Part shown: in pieces, positions 10,821-24,102 of the stretch
Position numbering within the stretch: position 1 is the first letter of the stretch
Layout of the letters: each line of letters starts with the position of its first letter
Assembly: GCF_964355755.1 (NCBI RefSeq)
Contig: NC_092676.1
Span: 2,485,788 to 2,549,787, forward strand
Direction: 5' to 3'
Source: Antedon mediterranea
Taxonomy: Eukaryota; Animalia; Echinodermata
Length of the DNA: 64,000 nt
The notes under the pieces: generated by a model
Seen by the model: the letters and a program-made list of their open reading frames with translations, nothing else
What the model was told of the DNA's origin: nothing
The model's database searches: none
Program-made: the position numbers and the translations under genes

Positions 10821-13275
10821 TGCTATATTCTGATTATTGTATGCTTTTTAGTGCTAGATCAATGCTGAGACTATGTGAATACATGGTTGGGTAGGTGACT
10901 ACATTTTTGTCTTTTAAAAATAAAACATCTGGCCAATCTATTATTTACCACTTAGGATAAGAAGATTGAAATGCTTTGTAAAAGTATACAGTATGTACTG
11001 GTATTAAGTAAATCTGATTGCCAAGTGTAGGTATATTATCTTGATTGATTTCGTATTTGTATCAGGTAATTTTAGCTATGAATTGTTCATAACAGATTAT
11101 GCTATTTAAATAGAAATCCCTCATTTAAAATTTTACAAAACAAAACTTGGGCAAATTAATGTAGCCAATTTTTTTAAATTAATATTTGTGAATTTTAATC
11201 AATATTCCTTTTTAAAATATCACCTTCATCAGAAATACACAATAAAAAAAAAATGAATTTAAATACATAACATTATACCAAAAATAAGAAATTATGTCCT
11301 AAGAGAGGGCAGAACTTCCCTGAAAATTATAAAAATGTAGTTCAAAAAACTTTTAAAACTTTACAGTAACTTGAACTTGACACTGAAAGGCAGAAAATAA
11401 ACAGGTAAAAATGACCTAATAGTGAGTTTTCCACATGGCCACCCAAACAAAGAGAGTGTAGATTCAATGAACTGATTGTACAAAATCTCAGTCAATTTCT
11501 TAATATAAAGACTTCATTGTGAACTTGTCCTTATCAAGAGCAGTGATCATCGTGTACACACTACTGTGAAGGTAGGATTGCGTTTGAACTTTAAAATATT
11601 GCCCCAGCTTATATTTAATTGTTAGTTATAAATTACTAGGCATTTTGGAAATAACACGAAAATACTGTTCAGTAATGGTATTGGCTATTCAGGCTTACCG
11701 TAGTTAAATTTACCCCGACAAGTTGGTTACATGGGCATTGTGTCAACATTGATGGGTAGGTAGCAACTTACCTGGGTAAATATATAAGTAAGAATATTAC
11801 GGTAGTTCTTCAGAATTTTGCATTCTTCTTTATTTACAAATAGCGAGAGCATATTGTAGCAAACAAAACAGCTTTCGCTAGTCAAAGGTTTGCCCCATAC
11901 TAACAAATACATTTACTAAGAAGAATAACACTGAAATAGCAAAAGCAATACATATCAATGAAATTAAAACATACATAATATAATTTATATTACTGTACAA
12001 CTAAAGTGGTTTTTGGTTAGACTTTCCTAAAAGCTCTTTGTGGAATTTTGGGGTTGAAAGTCCATAAAATTGATATTTTTTGTGCAGTGTTTCTGTTTTC
12101 TGTGGTAACAAGATTGTATGCCAACATCATTTTTATTGGTTCAAATTCTGAGAATCACTGTACAAACTGGCAGCATAACAATATTTATTTAATTTAATTA
12201 CCAATTAAATTTGGTCTTTGTTGTGATGTGTGCTTGCATACCATCCTGGAAACTTAAAAATAAAACCTTATGTTGTGTTACGATACTATTACTACTGTTA
12301 CGCATAATTGATTTAAGAGCGACGGTAAAAAAAACCCTCTTGCATCGCGTGCGGTACTTTACTGAAGAGTGACGGTTATTTGAGAGTGAAGATATTTTGA
12401 TCATTTACATTAACATGGATATTGCTAAACTGTGTTAAGATTTATAGCAATGAGTGAGGCGTACAGTATCAGATGTGTTATACTTGTATATCTCCGTGCT
12501 AAGCCATATATTCTGATTTTGAGTAAAGAAGAACCGACGTTCTTGTTAATGAGTATAACAATTATAATATATGAGCCGTGTACTGAATAGTAGGTTGTTT
12601 TTCATGCCGTAATGTTTTTTTTAAACTTTGAGAAATGAGCACTTGTTTTTTTTTTTACAAAACCTATTTTAAATGTCAAATATTTTCTAATGATAGTATT
12701 TTTTTTCAATTTAAAAAAAAATGGGTTAAATAACTTTAAGAATTTAGTAAGCTAATATCTGTTGAATTTCTTGAAAAAAAATGTTGTACAACAATGATAG
12801 ACATTTTGCAATAATGAATAACATTATCACTTTTACAAATTCTTGCAGTCTATGTTGTTCCTAATTTATACCTGGATAAACCGACTGTGTTTCCTGAGGG
12901 AGAACTATTATAAAAAAGATTCTTGGGCCCCCCCTCCCCCCCCCCTTTGCAATATTGGACCAATCCAACAACCAAACCATCAGATTGACATGTCCCAACA
13001 TACAGTACCTCCATCATTTCTTTTTGTAACATTGTTATGATACAAGCTAAAAAGAATTGTGATAGGAATACTTGATCAACAAGTTTTCCAAGCTTTATTA
13101 AAATTGCTTTTTTTTTTTAAATTCCTTACGTTTCATATATGTACTTAATAAGCATCCAAGCTAATTAATTTGTGGTGTATATTTCCATTTGTTTTGTGCA
13201 TCCGTATGAAATCGGAATTCATATTTTATTCTGTCTAATCACCTCTTTATTTCTCTAATCCGATTAATCTCCTAA

Positions 13276-13469
13276 TGTCTACCTATCAAACTAGTTGATA
13301 AAAAAACGGTGTGATTCCCAAATATGATAGTGATATGCCCAAATATGGTAGTGATTTGCCCAAATATGGTAGTGAATGCTTAAATATGGTAGTGAAATGA
13401 CATCATCATGTCCATATATGTTCACATCACATTTTTTGTTGCATAAAGTTTGATAATGTAGACAGAGCT
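13276..13469 (+). mobile_element. PIF/Harbinger-type MITE family A (TIR agctctgtctacactatcaaa)
   Basis: Right TIR tttgataatgtagacagagct, degenerate left TIR, internal cccaaatatggtagtgat repeats. Confidence 0.8.
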
Positions 13470-15232
13470 TAACAAGCTACCAGTACCAGTATACCATTTG
13501 TATATTAATCTACCACACTGTCTATACACATAGTATGTTCATATAGACACAGCCCCTCTTTTGCATTCTAAGTTCTTTGCTTTCCTCTTATATGAACATT
13601 ATCATTTACTGTGTGTTCAAGAGTTGTTGAACATTTTTCAATATACACTCGTTGCATTTTAATCATTAGCTACAGGTATGAAGTACCTACTTGATGCAAT
13701 TCCATTATAATAGAAACATATTTTAAACTAACAAATCACATTATTGTCAAGTGCATTTAGGTATACAATCAAAGTGGTTTCACCTTGCTATTTAATTTGT
13801 CAGTTTTTATTTGAAAAGATAATTTCCGAGTAACACTGTACTATTCAGTATTTAATTAAAACCTTATTCTCCATATTATTAGTTAATCACATACAGTATG
13901 TTTATCACATATTATTTTGTCTGAAAAGAAAACAGTTTGCTAAAGGGGAAAAAACTGAAGGCACTACTATCCCTGAATTTTGGTTTATTTTAAAAACAAA
14001 AATATTGACCTTTTGTTTTCATGACACAGCAAGTGAGTATGTAGCTGTCGAGTCTAACTGTCTTTCTGTATCTATATATGTTTCTTAACATGTACAGAAT
14101 GACTTTTTGACTTGACAGCTGCATAATCTAATAGTACATTATAGAAACAAACACTATTGTCATTGCATTAGGAAACAAAAAATATACAAAGAATGAATCG
14201 GTGTGAATAATGTTCTCTCTTTAAAAAGCTAATCAGTCCCAAAGCATCATGGGATTGAAATAACATCGCCTTTAAAAGCAGGTAAAAGCGCAAACACAAT
14301 GTAATTAAAGCTCACTGTTTCACCTGGCGTTAATTTGATTATGACGTCAAACGCAAGATTTCTACTGATGTCATTGATACTATAATTAGACCTAATAGTA
14401 TTACATTTATAGTGCGATATAACAATTAGCAGGATAAAATCGAGAATCAATCCTTTTACCTGAAACCATTTTGTATCCAGTAATCTGTTTCCTCTACAAC
14501 AGGGCTGTACAAGAGACACAGGTGCGTTTTCAGCCTAGGGCATCGTACGTATTAGTGTAAGCTGATTAATTTGTAAAGGAATCCTGCTGCAGGGATATAG
14601 TAGTACATATTTGAACCTTTGACTTGATGTCAAATCTAGAGGATGAGATTCATTGTATATTGCCAGCTATTAGCCCCAAGTAGTGAACATATAAATAAAT
14701 TAACTGCAGAAAAAAGTATCCAGTAAAACTATTGAATTTCAACACATTGAATTATTCTTATAAACCACATAGGACCATGTTTGTGAAAACATACACTAGT
14801 AGAACATGGGTTTTAATATAAAGGTGGATCTCATGTTCATTTGAACGTAGGGGAATGAGCTGTGAAATTGTACTAAGCCTTTAAATGACATATATGCCCT
14901 GGTCCCTTCCTTTTCATGCAGCATTTAATATCCTCCCTAGCATTTCAACCAGGTACTCATACGCTATAGCTAAATGGACTGGGTCTTTGTGTATGATAGT
15001 CAAGTGTCCTAACCACTCGGCTATCCACATAGTTTGATTACATTACAGATCGCAGTTCCTCCGAGATGGGTTGAGCTACAAAACATTAAAAAAAAATTAA
15101 AATGCATAATACGATAGTGGTCTAGTGGGATGCAGGAGTCATATTGTTTTGAGCATCAAAATGGAGTGTCTGTAAGTGTAAGCGCTAACTGTATTACAGT
15201 CAATAGCCACCATATGTGATCTACAGTAGTAT

Positions 15233-17677
15233 TAGGCCGTGGGCTGAACACTGAAAAGTGGCTTAGTTTTTGAGTTTCGTGGTGACCCTCTGGCAGCTAC
15301 CTCATCTTTTGTAGAATTGTTCTACACATATATCATATCATAAAAACCAAACTCGCCAGTGAAAAAAGTTGCACATTAATTAATTAGAACGATTTTAAGA
15401 TTATTAATTAAAAACATGCGCCCTCTATTGCCAAAATGTAAAACTCCCTATTCTTTTGCATTATACAATATCTATGTTTGCCAATAGAGGGCGCATTTTT
15501 ATAAATTAAATAAGCTCACAATACTGTACCTGTCTGTATAGTAATACAGTAGTACGACATAGCAGTACCACAGATACTGTATTATATTACATTGGAAGTT
15601 GTTGATTTTGTATCAAAACGTTATAAATTATAAAATAGAGTGGAAACGTGATTGAAAAGGATTATTTTATATCAATTTTAAAGAACAAACATAAAGATGA
15701 TTTTTATGTCAATGTATTGTGTGTATAATAATTGTAAAATACTATAGACAACCTTTATTTATATACTCATCACATTTATTAGAGACTTGGTAACATAAAT
15801 ACTATAAATACCAAGTTACAATTATCACAAAATTAATAAATTTGACTTGGATATTGCATATATTATTACAGGATATTCTATTTGGCAAATAATGAAATTT
15901 GGTTATCTTTAATGATTCTCTGCTCAATAACATTTTGACAGAAGATGTTATACGATTGACAGTACAGATCCACTTCTGGGTTTTCAGTTCGACTGTAGCG
16001 TCTACATACTCTTGTGTATTTTAAGTAGCACGATCGGTGATACTTAGCTTCAATAGCTACCAAATCTTTATCGTGGATTTTTAACAGCATTTCTTGATCC
16101 TTTTTTAGCGTTTCTGCTGTTTTTAAACATCCTCCATCAATGGTCTCACACTGCACCAACTTCTCCACTCTGCGCTTTCTTGAAATGTTGTTAGTTGCAT
16201 ATTGTACACGCTTACAAATAATACATATCGGTGGCAACACATGTGCACGATCAACACGTGGACGGTCTTCAGGCATCATCGCAAAAGAATCTTGGAAGCT
16301 TGTGCTGTGTTGTGTTCATCACCTGCAATTTCCTCAACATTTGGACTAGGTTCCAAAACTTCTTGTGCTTTGAAAGAATAGTGTTCAATAATTAATATTT
16401 ATTGTTACAGTGTCTATGTGACCAGATACTAAATTACAATGACAGTTAAAGGAGTAGGAATGAAACTAAAGGATGAATTTAGGAATAATAAAGGCAAGTT
16501 GCCGATGAATGAACACATTTTACCAGTTGAGTACAGTTATACTTTTCACAGATATTTTCTTTTCCTTTCATTTTTATTCGCTTAGATGCCTTGGCAATAG
16601 GTGCTTGACATTATTATTATTATTATATATTCTGAAACTTACCTTTCCACTTTAAGTCCCGTGCTTCAGCTCGTTTAATCTTAGTAATATTGCAGAAGTT
16701 GGAATAACACTCAGTGTGGTATCCAGGAATCCCACCACTTTTATTCCTACAAAAAAACAATGTAACAACACTGTGTTATTTGAATATCTAGTGTGTAGAC
16801 AGTTGACAATACCAAAAGAATCGGACATTACAATCGGAATTCATAGTCTAAGGCCCTAGGCTCCGATTCGGAATTCTAGCTAGAAACTTCTACTAGGTAT
16901 AGCCTAGACCTAGCCTAGCCTAAAGTAGAGGCAAGCATAGCCTTCTTGCCTCGCTTTCGATCGGCGTTAATTTGCTTTAGCTAGCTACACTAGCGTATAA
17001 ATCGATATAAAGCTATAAGCGAACAATCTAGCATAGTTTTAAAATACAGACAAACCTTTTTCTTGACCTAGACGTCAAACTAGCAGTGCTAGTAGACGGT
17101 CCTTCTTCGTCTTCGTCGGCGGTAGTACTACTACTAGGCTAGGCTAGGAGGAGTAGTGTTAGTGGCCTCATATTCTTCGAACACGAAGGATGATGAAATT
17201 TTACTTTTCAGGGCAATTCAGAACTTTCCAACGTGAGCAGCATTCTTTGAATTTCGCATAACCTTTCCCAGTTAATTTTACTAGTTTTCCTTTGGAATTT
17301 GATACGTGCATACAGCAATAATCTGGAGTATTTTCCTCATCTTCTTCCTCTAAAAACGTTTGTTTATCATCCGACGCAGCCATGTTTCTGTATTGACGCG
17401 ATGAACCGAGCCACACGGCTGTGTTAAAACGTTTCTCATTGGATGAGATTGTTTCTCACATATGAGAGGTTAATTGTGATTGGTCCAACCGTTGGTATTT
17501 AACTGTTGATTTTTCTTCGTAATTTATCGTTTTTTATTAAAACTGTTTATTTACGACGATGGCGAGTTGATGTTTTATGTTTTAAATTTTATTTTACAAC
17601 TTTATATATAAAAACTGGGTAGCTGCCAGGGGTGGCACCACGACAAGTCACAATTTTGAGCATCAGCCCACGGTCTA
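15233..17677 (-). mobile_element. Academ-like DNA transposon, internally deleted
   Basis: Termini TAG(G/A)CCGTGGGCTGA ... TCAGCCCACGGTCTA with patchy inverted similarity extending over 100 bp. 3-bp TSD TAT (15230-15232 / 17678-17680). Encloses a transposase N-terminal remnant. Confidence 0.8.
15878..17383 (-). pseudogene. Intron-containing, frameshifted N-terminal remnant of an Academ-type transposase
   Basis: Exons about 17383-17055, 16746-16643 (GYHTECYSNFCNITKIKRAE) and 16367-15878 (CIIC...DLVAIEAKYHRSCYLKYTR), with GT-AG sites in compatible phases. Frameshifts and stops are present and no catalytic domain is visible. The DLxAxEAxYHxxCY motif is recalled as typical of Academ proteins. Confidence 0.7.
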
Positions 17678-18150
17678 TATCACGATTACAAGGACCAGTA
17701 CCAATATATGTGCATAAATAATGGTAGTACCACACATAATTGGTGGATGAGTGCATAGTACTTCGAAGGCTTAATTTTATTCATTTTCTTAATGAAAGTA
17801 TGCGTGGTATAAAATTTATCGTAAATTCACGTGTCATTTGTATATGAAAAACATTTTTGAAATGATAAAGAATATTGATCGTGTAATTCTATACACTGCT
17901 TGTAATGGTAGAAACTAAAGTGCCGACAACATTTAACATTTTATTTGTCATCCAAGAATGTTATATTGAGCATGGAATCACGTCTGTGGATAATAAAGAC
18001 TGAGTTTATTCTCGCTTCATTCGAACAATTTGTAGATTGCATTTTTTGTTGATTAGAAGAATAAATTACGCTTACTTGGTGTGTTCTTAATCTCATTTTT
18101 TTTGGTGACAATTTTGTGAATTCATTTCTCGAATGATCGTAAAATCAAAA

Positions 18151-18340
18151 CAGTATACTCAACTCTCCGAATACCGGACTCTCTGAAAACCGGAAACTTT
18201 CCTAATACCAGACTTTTCTTGAAGTCCGAACAGTCCCAAATTCATTTTTGCCATTAAAAACACATTCCGAACACCAGATTTTTCTAAAACCAGACATATT
18301 TGGCCAGCCCAAAGGTGTTCGGTATTGGGAGAGTTGACTG
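18151..18340. mobile_element. Tc1/pogo-type MITE (CAGT..ACTG termini)
   Basis: Inverted ends tcaactctcc.aatacc / ggtattgggagagttgactg followed by TA. Internal acc(g/a)gac repeats. Confidence 0.65.
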
Positions 18341-18811
18341 TACTAGGTTTGGTCTACTAGCATTCCTGCTCCCAACTAGTCATCCATTCATAGAAACACT
18401 GATGGATAAAGTCTATCTGGTGGCTACAATAGAGTGGACTCCAGACCTGACTAAACATTGGCTTTAGTTGAATGAAATTGGGAAAAAAATATATATTTTC
18501 AGATTACTTCTCCTGCATTTTCTGCTATTTCTTCTATTTCTTTCTTCTGCTAACTATGATAGCCTCAAGAAAGACGTTTTTAAGGGTACCTTGCAAAGTT
18601 AAAATTATGTTCAGTATAGAAAACAGTTATTCAGGCCAAGAAACATCTGGAAATGAGCTACAGTGATGAATTCGCTTCTGGGCCTAGTTAATAAGAGACA
18701 CTATTACAGTTTGCGCCTAATGTTTCTATGTTGAAAGAAATTCAATGAATGAATTCAAGTAATATGTACCATTATGAGTATTTAATGTTTCATCATCTCT
18801 ACAAAATCTTA

Positions 18812-18947
18812 AGCTCTGTCCACACTATTAAACTAGTTTGAAAAAAAAAGTGTGATATGCTTAAATATGGTAGTGATATGACATCATCATGTCCATGGGA
18901 ACATCAAATTTTGTTGTCACATAAACTTTGATAGTGTAGACAGAGCT
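18812..18947 (+). mobile_element. MITE family A copy
   Basis: Both TIRs present, TWA-like flanks. Confidence 0.85.
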
Positions 18948-19332
18948 TAGCCATGTGAAATATTTGTTTTCATTATAAGTTTGAAATATGCATGTGGACA
19001 GTTATATAATAATTATAATATAAATAATATATAACTCTTAAGTAGATTCTAATTTCTTGTCTTTTGATTGGAGGATTGTAGGTCACATGATATTCAATAA
19101 ATACTCCATTGAACCCATGCGACAATAAGAGTGCATTTTTTTTACACTGATGTGGGTCAAGATTTGATTTTATGCAGACATTCTTGTTATGCAAAAATCT
19201 AGATCAAATGTTCTATCACCTCATGAAATAATGTTCTGTTTTTACTTATATATATATTTGTACCATGCACTCATAAACATTCATTATTTGTATTTAATAT
19301 TATCACATGATACATGACAAAATGACCTACAT

Positions 19333-19444
19333 TTTGAAAAAAGTGTGATGTGCCCAAATACGGTAATGATATGTCATCATCATGTCCATATATGGGCATA
19401 TCACATTATTTTGTCACATAAAGTTTGATAGTGTAGATAAAGCT
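19333..19444 (+). mobile_element. MITE family A copy lacking the left TIR
   Basis: Core plus right TIR tttgatagtgtagataaagct. Confidence 0.8.
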
Positions 19445-19660
19445 TTATACACTGTATGTTCTTCATGTTGCAATCATTATGATGTCATTTTATTTACCAA
19501 AACCTATCTATCTACTTCCTCAGATTTCACTTTTCATTGTGTTGTCAATGTCACCCCTGTAATCTTTACTGTACCAAGCAGCATTCAGTTGTCTTCCATG
19601 GTTTAACAACACTTGAGGATTCTATACATAGCTGTTTGTAAGAAACGGTACTCAGTCAAC

Positions 19661-19736
19661 ATGACCACGAGTCTTGGGACCGATGCGAGTGAAATGCTAG
19701 CTGCTGCTCTGGAGCAGATGGACGACATCATTGCAG
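19661..19736 (+). CDS. PPFIBP1: Liprin-beta (PPFIBP1/2 orthologue), first coding exon: MTTSLGTDASEMLAAALEQMDDIIA(G)
   Basis: Translation matches the diagnostic liprin-beta N-terminus (vertebrate SDASDMLAAALEQMDGIIAG). Context gtcaacATG; donor G|gtaag at 19737, phase 1. A likely acceptor cctcag ending at 19523 would make 19524-19660 5'UTR. Confidence 0.93.
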
Positions 19737-19763
19737 GTAAGAATAGAAAAACACTAAACTATT

Positions 19764-19928
19764 AGCTCTGTGTACAGTATCAAACTAGTGTAGTTGACAA
19801 AAAAAAGTGTGATGTGCCCAAATATAGTAGTGATATGCCCAAATATGGTAGTGATATGACATCATCATGTCTATATATGGGCACATCACATTTTTTGTCA
19901 CATAAAATTTGATAGTGTAGACAAGGCT
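19764..19928 (+). mobile_element. MITE family A copy 27 bp downstream of the first coding exon
   Basis: Both TIRs and the duplicated internal cccaaatat.gtagtgatatg motif. Confidence 0.85.
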
Positions 19929-20859
19929 TAAGAATATTGGTAGTAGGCCTTTACATAAACAAGGTAACTTGTAAACACCCACTCTGCTTTAACTGCTTAA
20001 CACTCCAAAGCTATCAGTTATACACATATACACCCACCTGGTTTAATCAATTATTTTTTAATCGTTTATTCAACATTTTCTGATAAAGATTTTGTTTTCA
20101 ATATCAACGCACGTCACAACATCAGTACTTTTATTGATTATTTGTACACAATGAAAAACAATTTTTAAAAAATGTTTACCAAAAAAACAACATAATTTAA
20201 TTGTTAATAATGATATCAAAGTAATTGCAAAAACATGGATTTGATATTTAGGTTAATGCTATTTTATATCTATTATAAAAGGTAATTAATCAATTTATCT
20301 TCATCTAAATGTAAAAATGAAGATGCATGACAAATAGAGCATCTATTTATTATCACCAGAGTACATCATAAGTTAGTGTATCATAATCATTACATACTGT
20401 TTCGTATGTCATCTCACATAGGAGTAGTAGGCTTCAGTGAAGATATGATATTGATGTTTCTAGATTGTACAGTTTAGTTGTTGTAGAGACTTTGTATTTG
20501 TGTAGAATATCAAATACCTAGTATAAAGTACTATTACAATAGATGAGAAATAAAGTGAGAAGGGGTGGGGGAGGGGGAGGAGGAAGGGTGTGGTGCCATC
20601 ATACCACAGTTATATTGCTGATACAATTTCCATATTATCTCACATTGCAATATCACTATACTTATCATTACCACTATTGCATAAAGATAATAGCCTGAAA
20701 CATTTATAATATCAATGTTATTACCAACAGTATTATTATCATTTATTATCAATATCATTACAACAACTTCATCATTATCAACATCAGTAGAATCATTAGT
20801 ATTGCATTATCACAAAATCATCTTTATTATTAATAGTATTATTACAATTTCATTGTTAC

Positions 20860-21125
20860 CAAATCATCATTATAATCTTCATCACTTTCATCATCATCTT
20901 CATCATCACTATCGCTATCATCATCATCTTCATCACTATCATCATCATCTTCATCACTATCATCATTATCATCTTCATCACTATTATCATCATCATCATC
21001 TTCATCACTATCATCATCATCATCATCATCTTCATCACTATCATTTTTGTGTCATCATCATCATCATCATCATTATCAATCATTAACATCATCAATATCA
21101 TCATTATCACCGTATCATCATTTTC
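20860..21125. repeat. (CAT)n-derived microsatellite with a 21-bp higher-order unit catcatcatcttcatcactat
   Basis: Directly visible. Source of the His-rich and Met-rich spurious ORFs. Confidence 0.95.
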
Positions 21126-21569
21126 CTAATCATTGACACCATCATCTCATCATCTCCAGTGTTACCATCACCACTGAGGCCTAGCAATACTAACGACCAT
21201 GTTTTTAAGATGTTAGCAGCAACAACTATAGATTACCAATATGATTGCTGCTTGCTTTTATTGGATTTAATTGCAACACGCAATGAGCTTAGACCATGCT
21301 GCATTTAACCCAATGAGCCTAGCCTGAAACTTGAGTACGTCTCTCTAGTAATTTGAATATAATTCATTGATTCTATTAACTGCACCTCCTTATATTTCTT
21401 GTTTGTTGTGTTGCCTATGATTATCAAGGTCAAACATGTTTATTCTTTATTAATTTTATGTCCTTGAGTACAAACTAACTTTTGTATGTACATTCAAGAA
21501 TAGTTTTGTATGTAAAAAATAATCCAATTTTGTGTTAAGTTCAGTTAATCAAATGTAGGTTTAAAAATA

Positions 21570-21810
21570 CAGTAGACCCTCCTCTTTTAAAACACCTGCA
21601 TTGAGAGCACACCATTGTTAAGTGGACACTTTCCCATAAAATCATTGAAGGTAAATATATGTTTTAACAATGCCCATTCAGGGGATCCTTTATGGACACA
21701 TTTCCATGGCACAAATAAGGAGCATTTATACACTATCCCTATTCAGGGAACATATCTAAGGAACACTTTATTTGATCCTGGAGGTTATTCCCTTTATAGG
21801 GACTCTACAG
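21570..21810. mobile_element. Tc1/mariner-type MITE
   Basis: TA|cagtaga ... tctacag|TA ends, with ccctattcaggg and ggacac motifs. Confidence 0.6.
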
Positions 21811-22307
21811 TATGTAAATATAAAAATATATAAAAATGTAAATGAAAAGAAGAAATATATAAATGATTAATGATTTTGAAATTAAATATTTGAACTGAAA
21901 ACTATAAAGGAAATGTGGATCAATTGTATCAAGAGCGATAGCTATAGCTCTGCATAAAAATTATCAACACATTGCAATAATATTTATTATTTGTTCAATA
22001 ACTTGAATGAAATCAAATCAAATTGCTAATTTAATTTTAATAATGTTTTTCAATGTTTAATAATTGTTTATTGATTAATCATTATTTTGAACAAGAAAAG
22101 AGAAGTGAGCCCTCTATAATTTGATGAGCATAATATTTTTTGATAACAACTTTAATGCTTATTTAATGACATGTCTACTTCCCTCGGGCTGTTCATAATC
22201 TTTAAAACCTAAAGGAAATGAACTCGAAGTAGACTGATTATTAACTATTAATGTGTGTTTCCACAACAGATGTATTTATTTTGTATTTGATCGTGCTTGT
22301 AATCTAA

Positions 22308-22465
22308 AGCTCTGTCTACACCATCAAACTAGTTTGACAAAAAAGTGTGATATGCCCAAATATGGTAGTAGTATGCCCAAATATGATAGTGATATGATAT
22401 CATCATGTTCATATATGGGCACATCACATTTTTTTGTCACATAAATTGATAGTGTAGACAGGACT
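22308..22465 (+). mobile_element. MITE family A copy
   Basis: Both TIRs, flanks taa / tta. Confidence 0.85.
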
Positions 22466-23235
22466 TTAGGTATTATGGATAAATTAACATTAATGAAACA
22501 TGTAAAAATTACACACATTTTTAATTCTTTGATATTTTTTATTTTGTATACAATTTTTTGAGCAATATTTTTCTTTCTGTTTCTAACTGTATATATTCAA
22601 TCGCTTTTCCAGACAAACGTTGATTAATAATTCAAAAGCAATACATTTAAAATGCATTTTTAAATATTATGTTTCACTAGCAACCTGTTATAGACATATA
22701 ATGTTACATCATATCTAATTTACAGATTCATAGAAATACGTACATGCATTTTTTTTTAGATTTTACAAAACAATTTTTTTCACAGATAATTTTAAGAACA
22801 TCTTACTAGTTTATGGAAAAAACTTATGTACGGTGGGTACCGAAAATAAAAAAACTATAATTATAAAAAACATATGCAAAAAAAATACAAATAATTGTAT
22901 ACCAGAAACAGTTGAATTATCAAGAAATGCAATTTACTGAACAAAACGAGCACAATGTTTAAAGTTGGCTTTAAAAGTATTTTGACATTAAGTTGAAGTT
23001 TTATCTTTAGTCTTTGTCAAGACTGTCAGATATTTATCTTTTCGTTAAAGAAAATATCTAATTAAATTAGACAGTTGACGTTAAATTGATAATTAAGAAA
23101 ATAAATAAATATTGACAAACTTCAAGATAATATCGGATAAATTGGAGTAAATTTGCTAAACATTTGAGGCTAAAAATTAAATTAATTAGTAATACTTTAA
23201 CTAACATTCACTCTTATTTTGTTTACAATTGTTAA

Positions 23236-23459
23236 AAGATGTTTTGTCTCCCAAAAACATGAAAAATGAAGATTAATAAATCAGACTTTAAATAGACCAT
23301 TTTGCAGTTTCAATAAAGTTATTCACTCCTGAAAAAAAAAAATTTCAATTACATTTTTTTCAATTAAATAATTTTGTAGTGACATTAAAATGCCATATTC
23401 AACAACAACAATTTAAGATATTTTTTTTCAGGGGGACAATACCAATGAATAACTAATCT
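23236..23459 (+). mobile_element. Kolobok-type (TTAA) MITE, related to 32704-33097
   Basis: agatgttttgtctccc ... gggggacaatac inverted ends near TTAA. Body similar to 32704-33097. Confidence 0.6.
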
Positions 23460-23710
23460 TTTAAACAGACTTAAAAGTAAGATCATTTTGTCATGTAATA
23501 TCTACTTCCTTATTAATGACTAACTTGATAATTAATGAGAGGACGTTAATTACTTAGAGATATCTTTTTCTGGTACAGTCTAAATGAAATAATTATTTTA
23601 TATTAGTTGAAGCATAATGATTTAATGTTAATAATAATAATGATTTAATGTTATTAATTTACTTTTCTACTGTACAATATGATAATATTTTGTATTAGTT
23701 TTTAAAGTAT

Positions 23711-24102
23711 AGGCCCATTCACACTAGGACGATAACGATCGACGATAATAGACAATAATTTGCATTTTTCATACATAAAATAAAAGAAATATAAAACCTT
23801 TTCATTCTAGAACTATAGAGTAACCATCTATGCTGCCTTTAATGAAAATAATATTTCCACACGTCCAATCAAATGATGTCATGATTAGTAAGAAAAATAT
23901 ATCGTTACAATACAACGATTTTATTGTTTTATTGATCATGACGTCATTTGATTGAATTTTCAAAAATATTAATTTTATCAAAGACAGCATACATGATTAT
24001 CCTATAGTCCTAGAACGAAACCCTTTCTAATTTCTTTTGTTTTATGTTTAAAAAAATGCATGCTTATATATTTATCGTTATCGTCCTAGTGTGAATGGGC
24101 CT
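23711..24102. mobile_element. Foldback Harbinger-type MITE, palindromic along its whole length
   Basis: Perfect 29-bp TIR aggcccattcacactaggacgataacgat. Imperfect inverted symmetry continues to the centre near 23910. Confidence 0.85.

Noticed and set aside
20715-21110. His-rich and Met-rich ORFs
   Set aside because: (CAT)n microsatellite with no splice or homology support.
19382-22518. Short ORFs with MPKYGS / CPYID-like text
   Set aside because: Chance translations of MITE family A copies.
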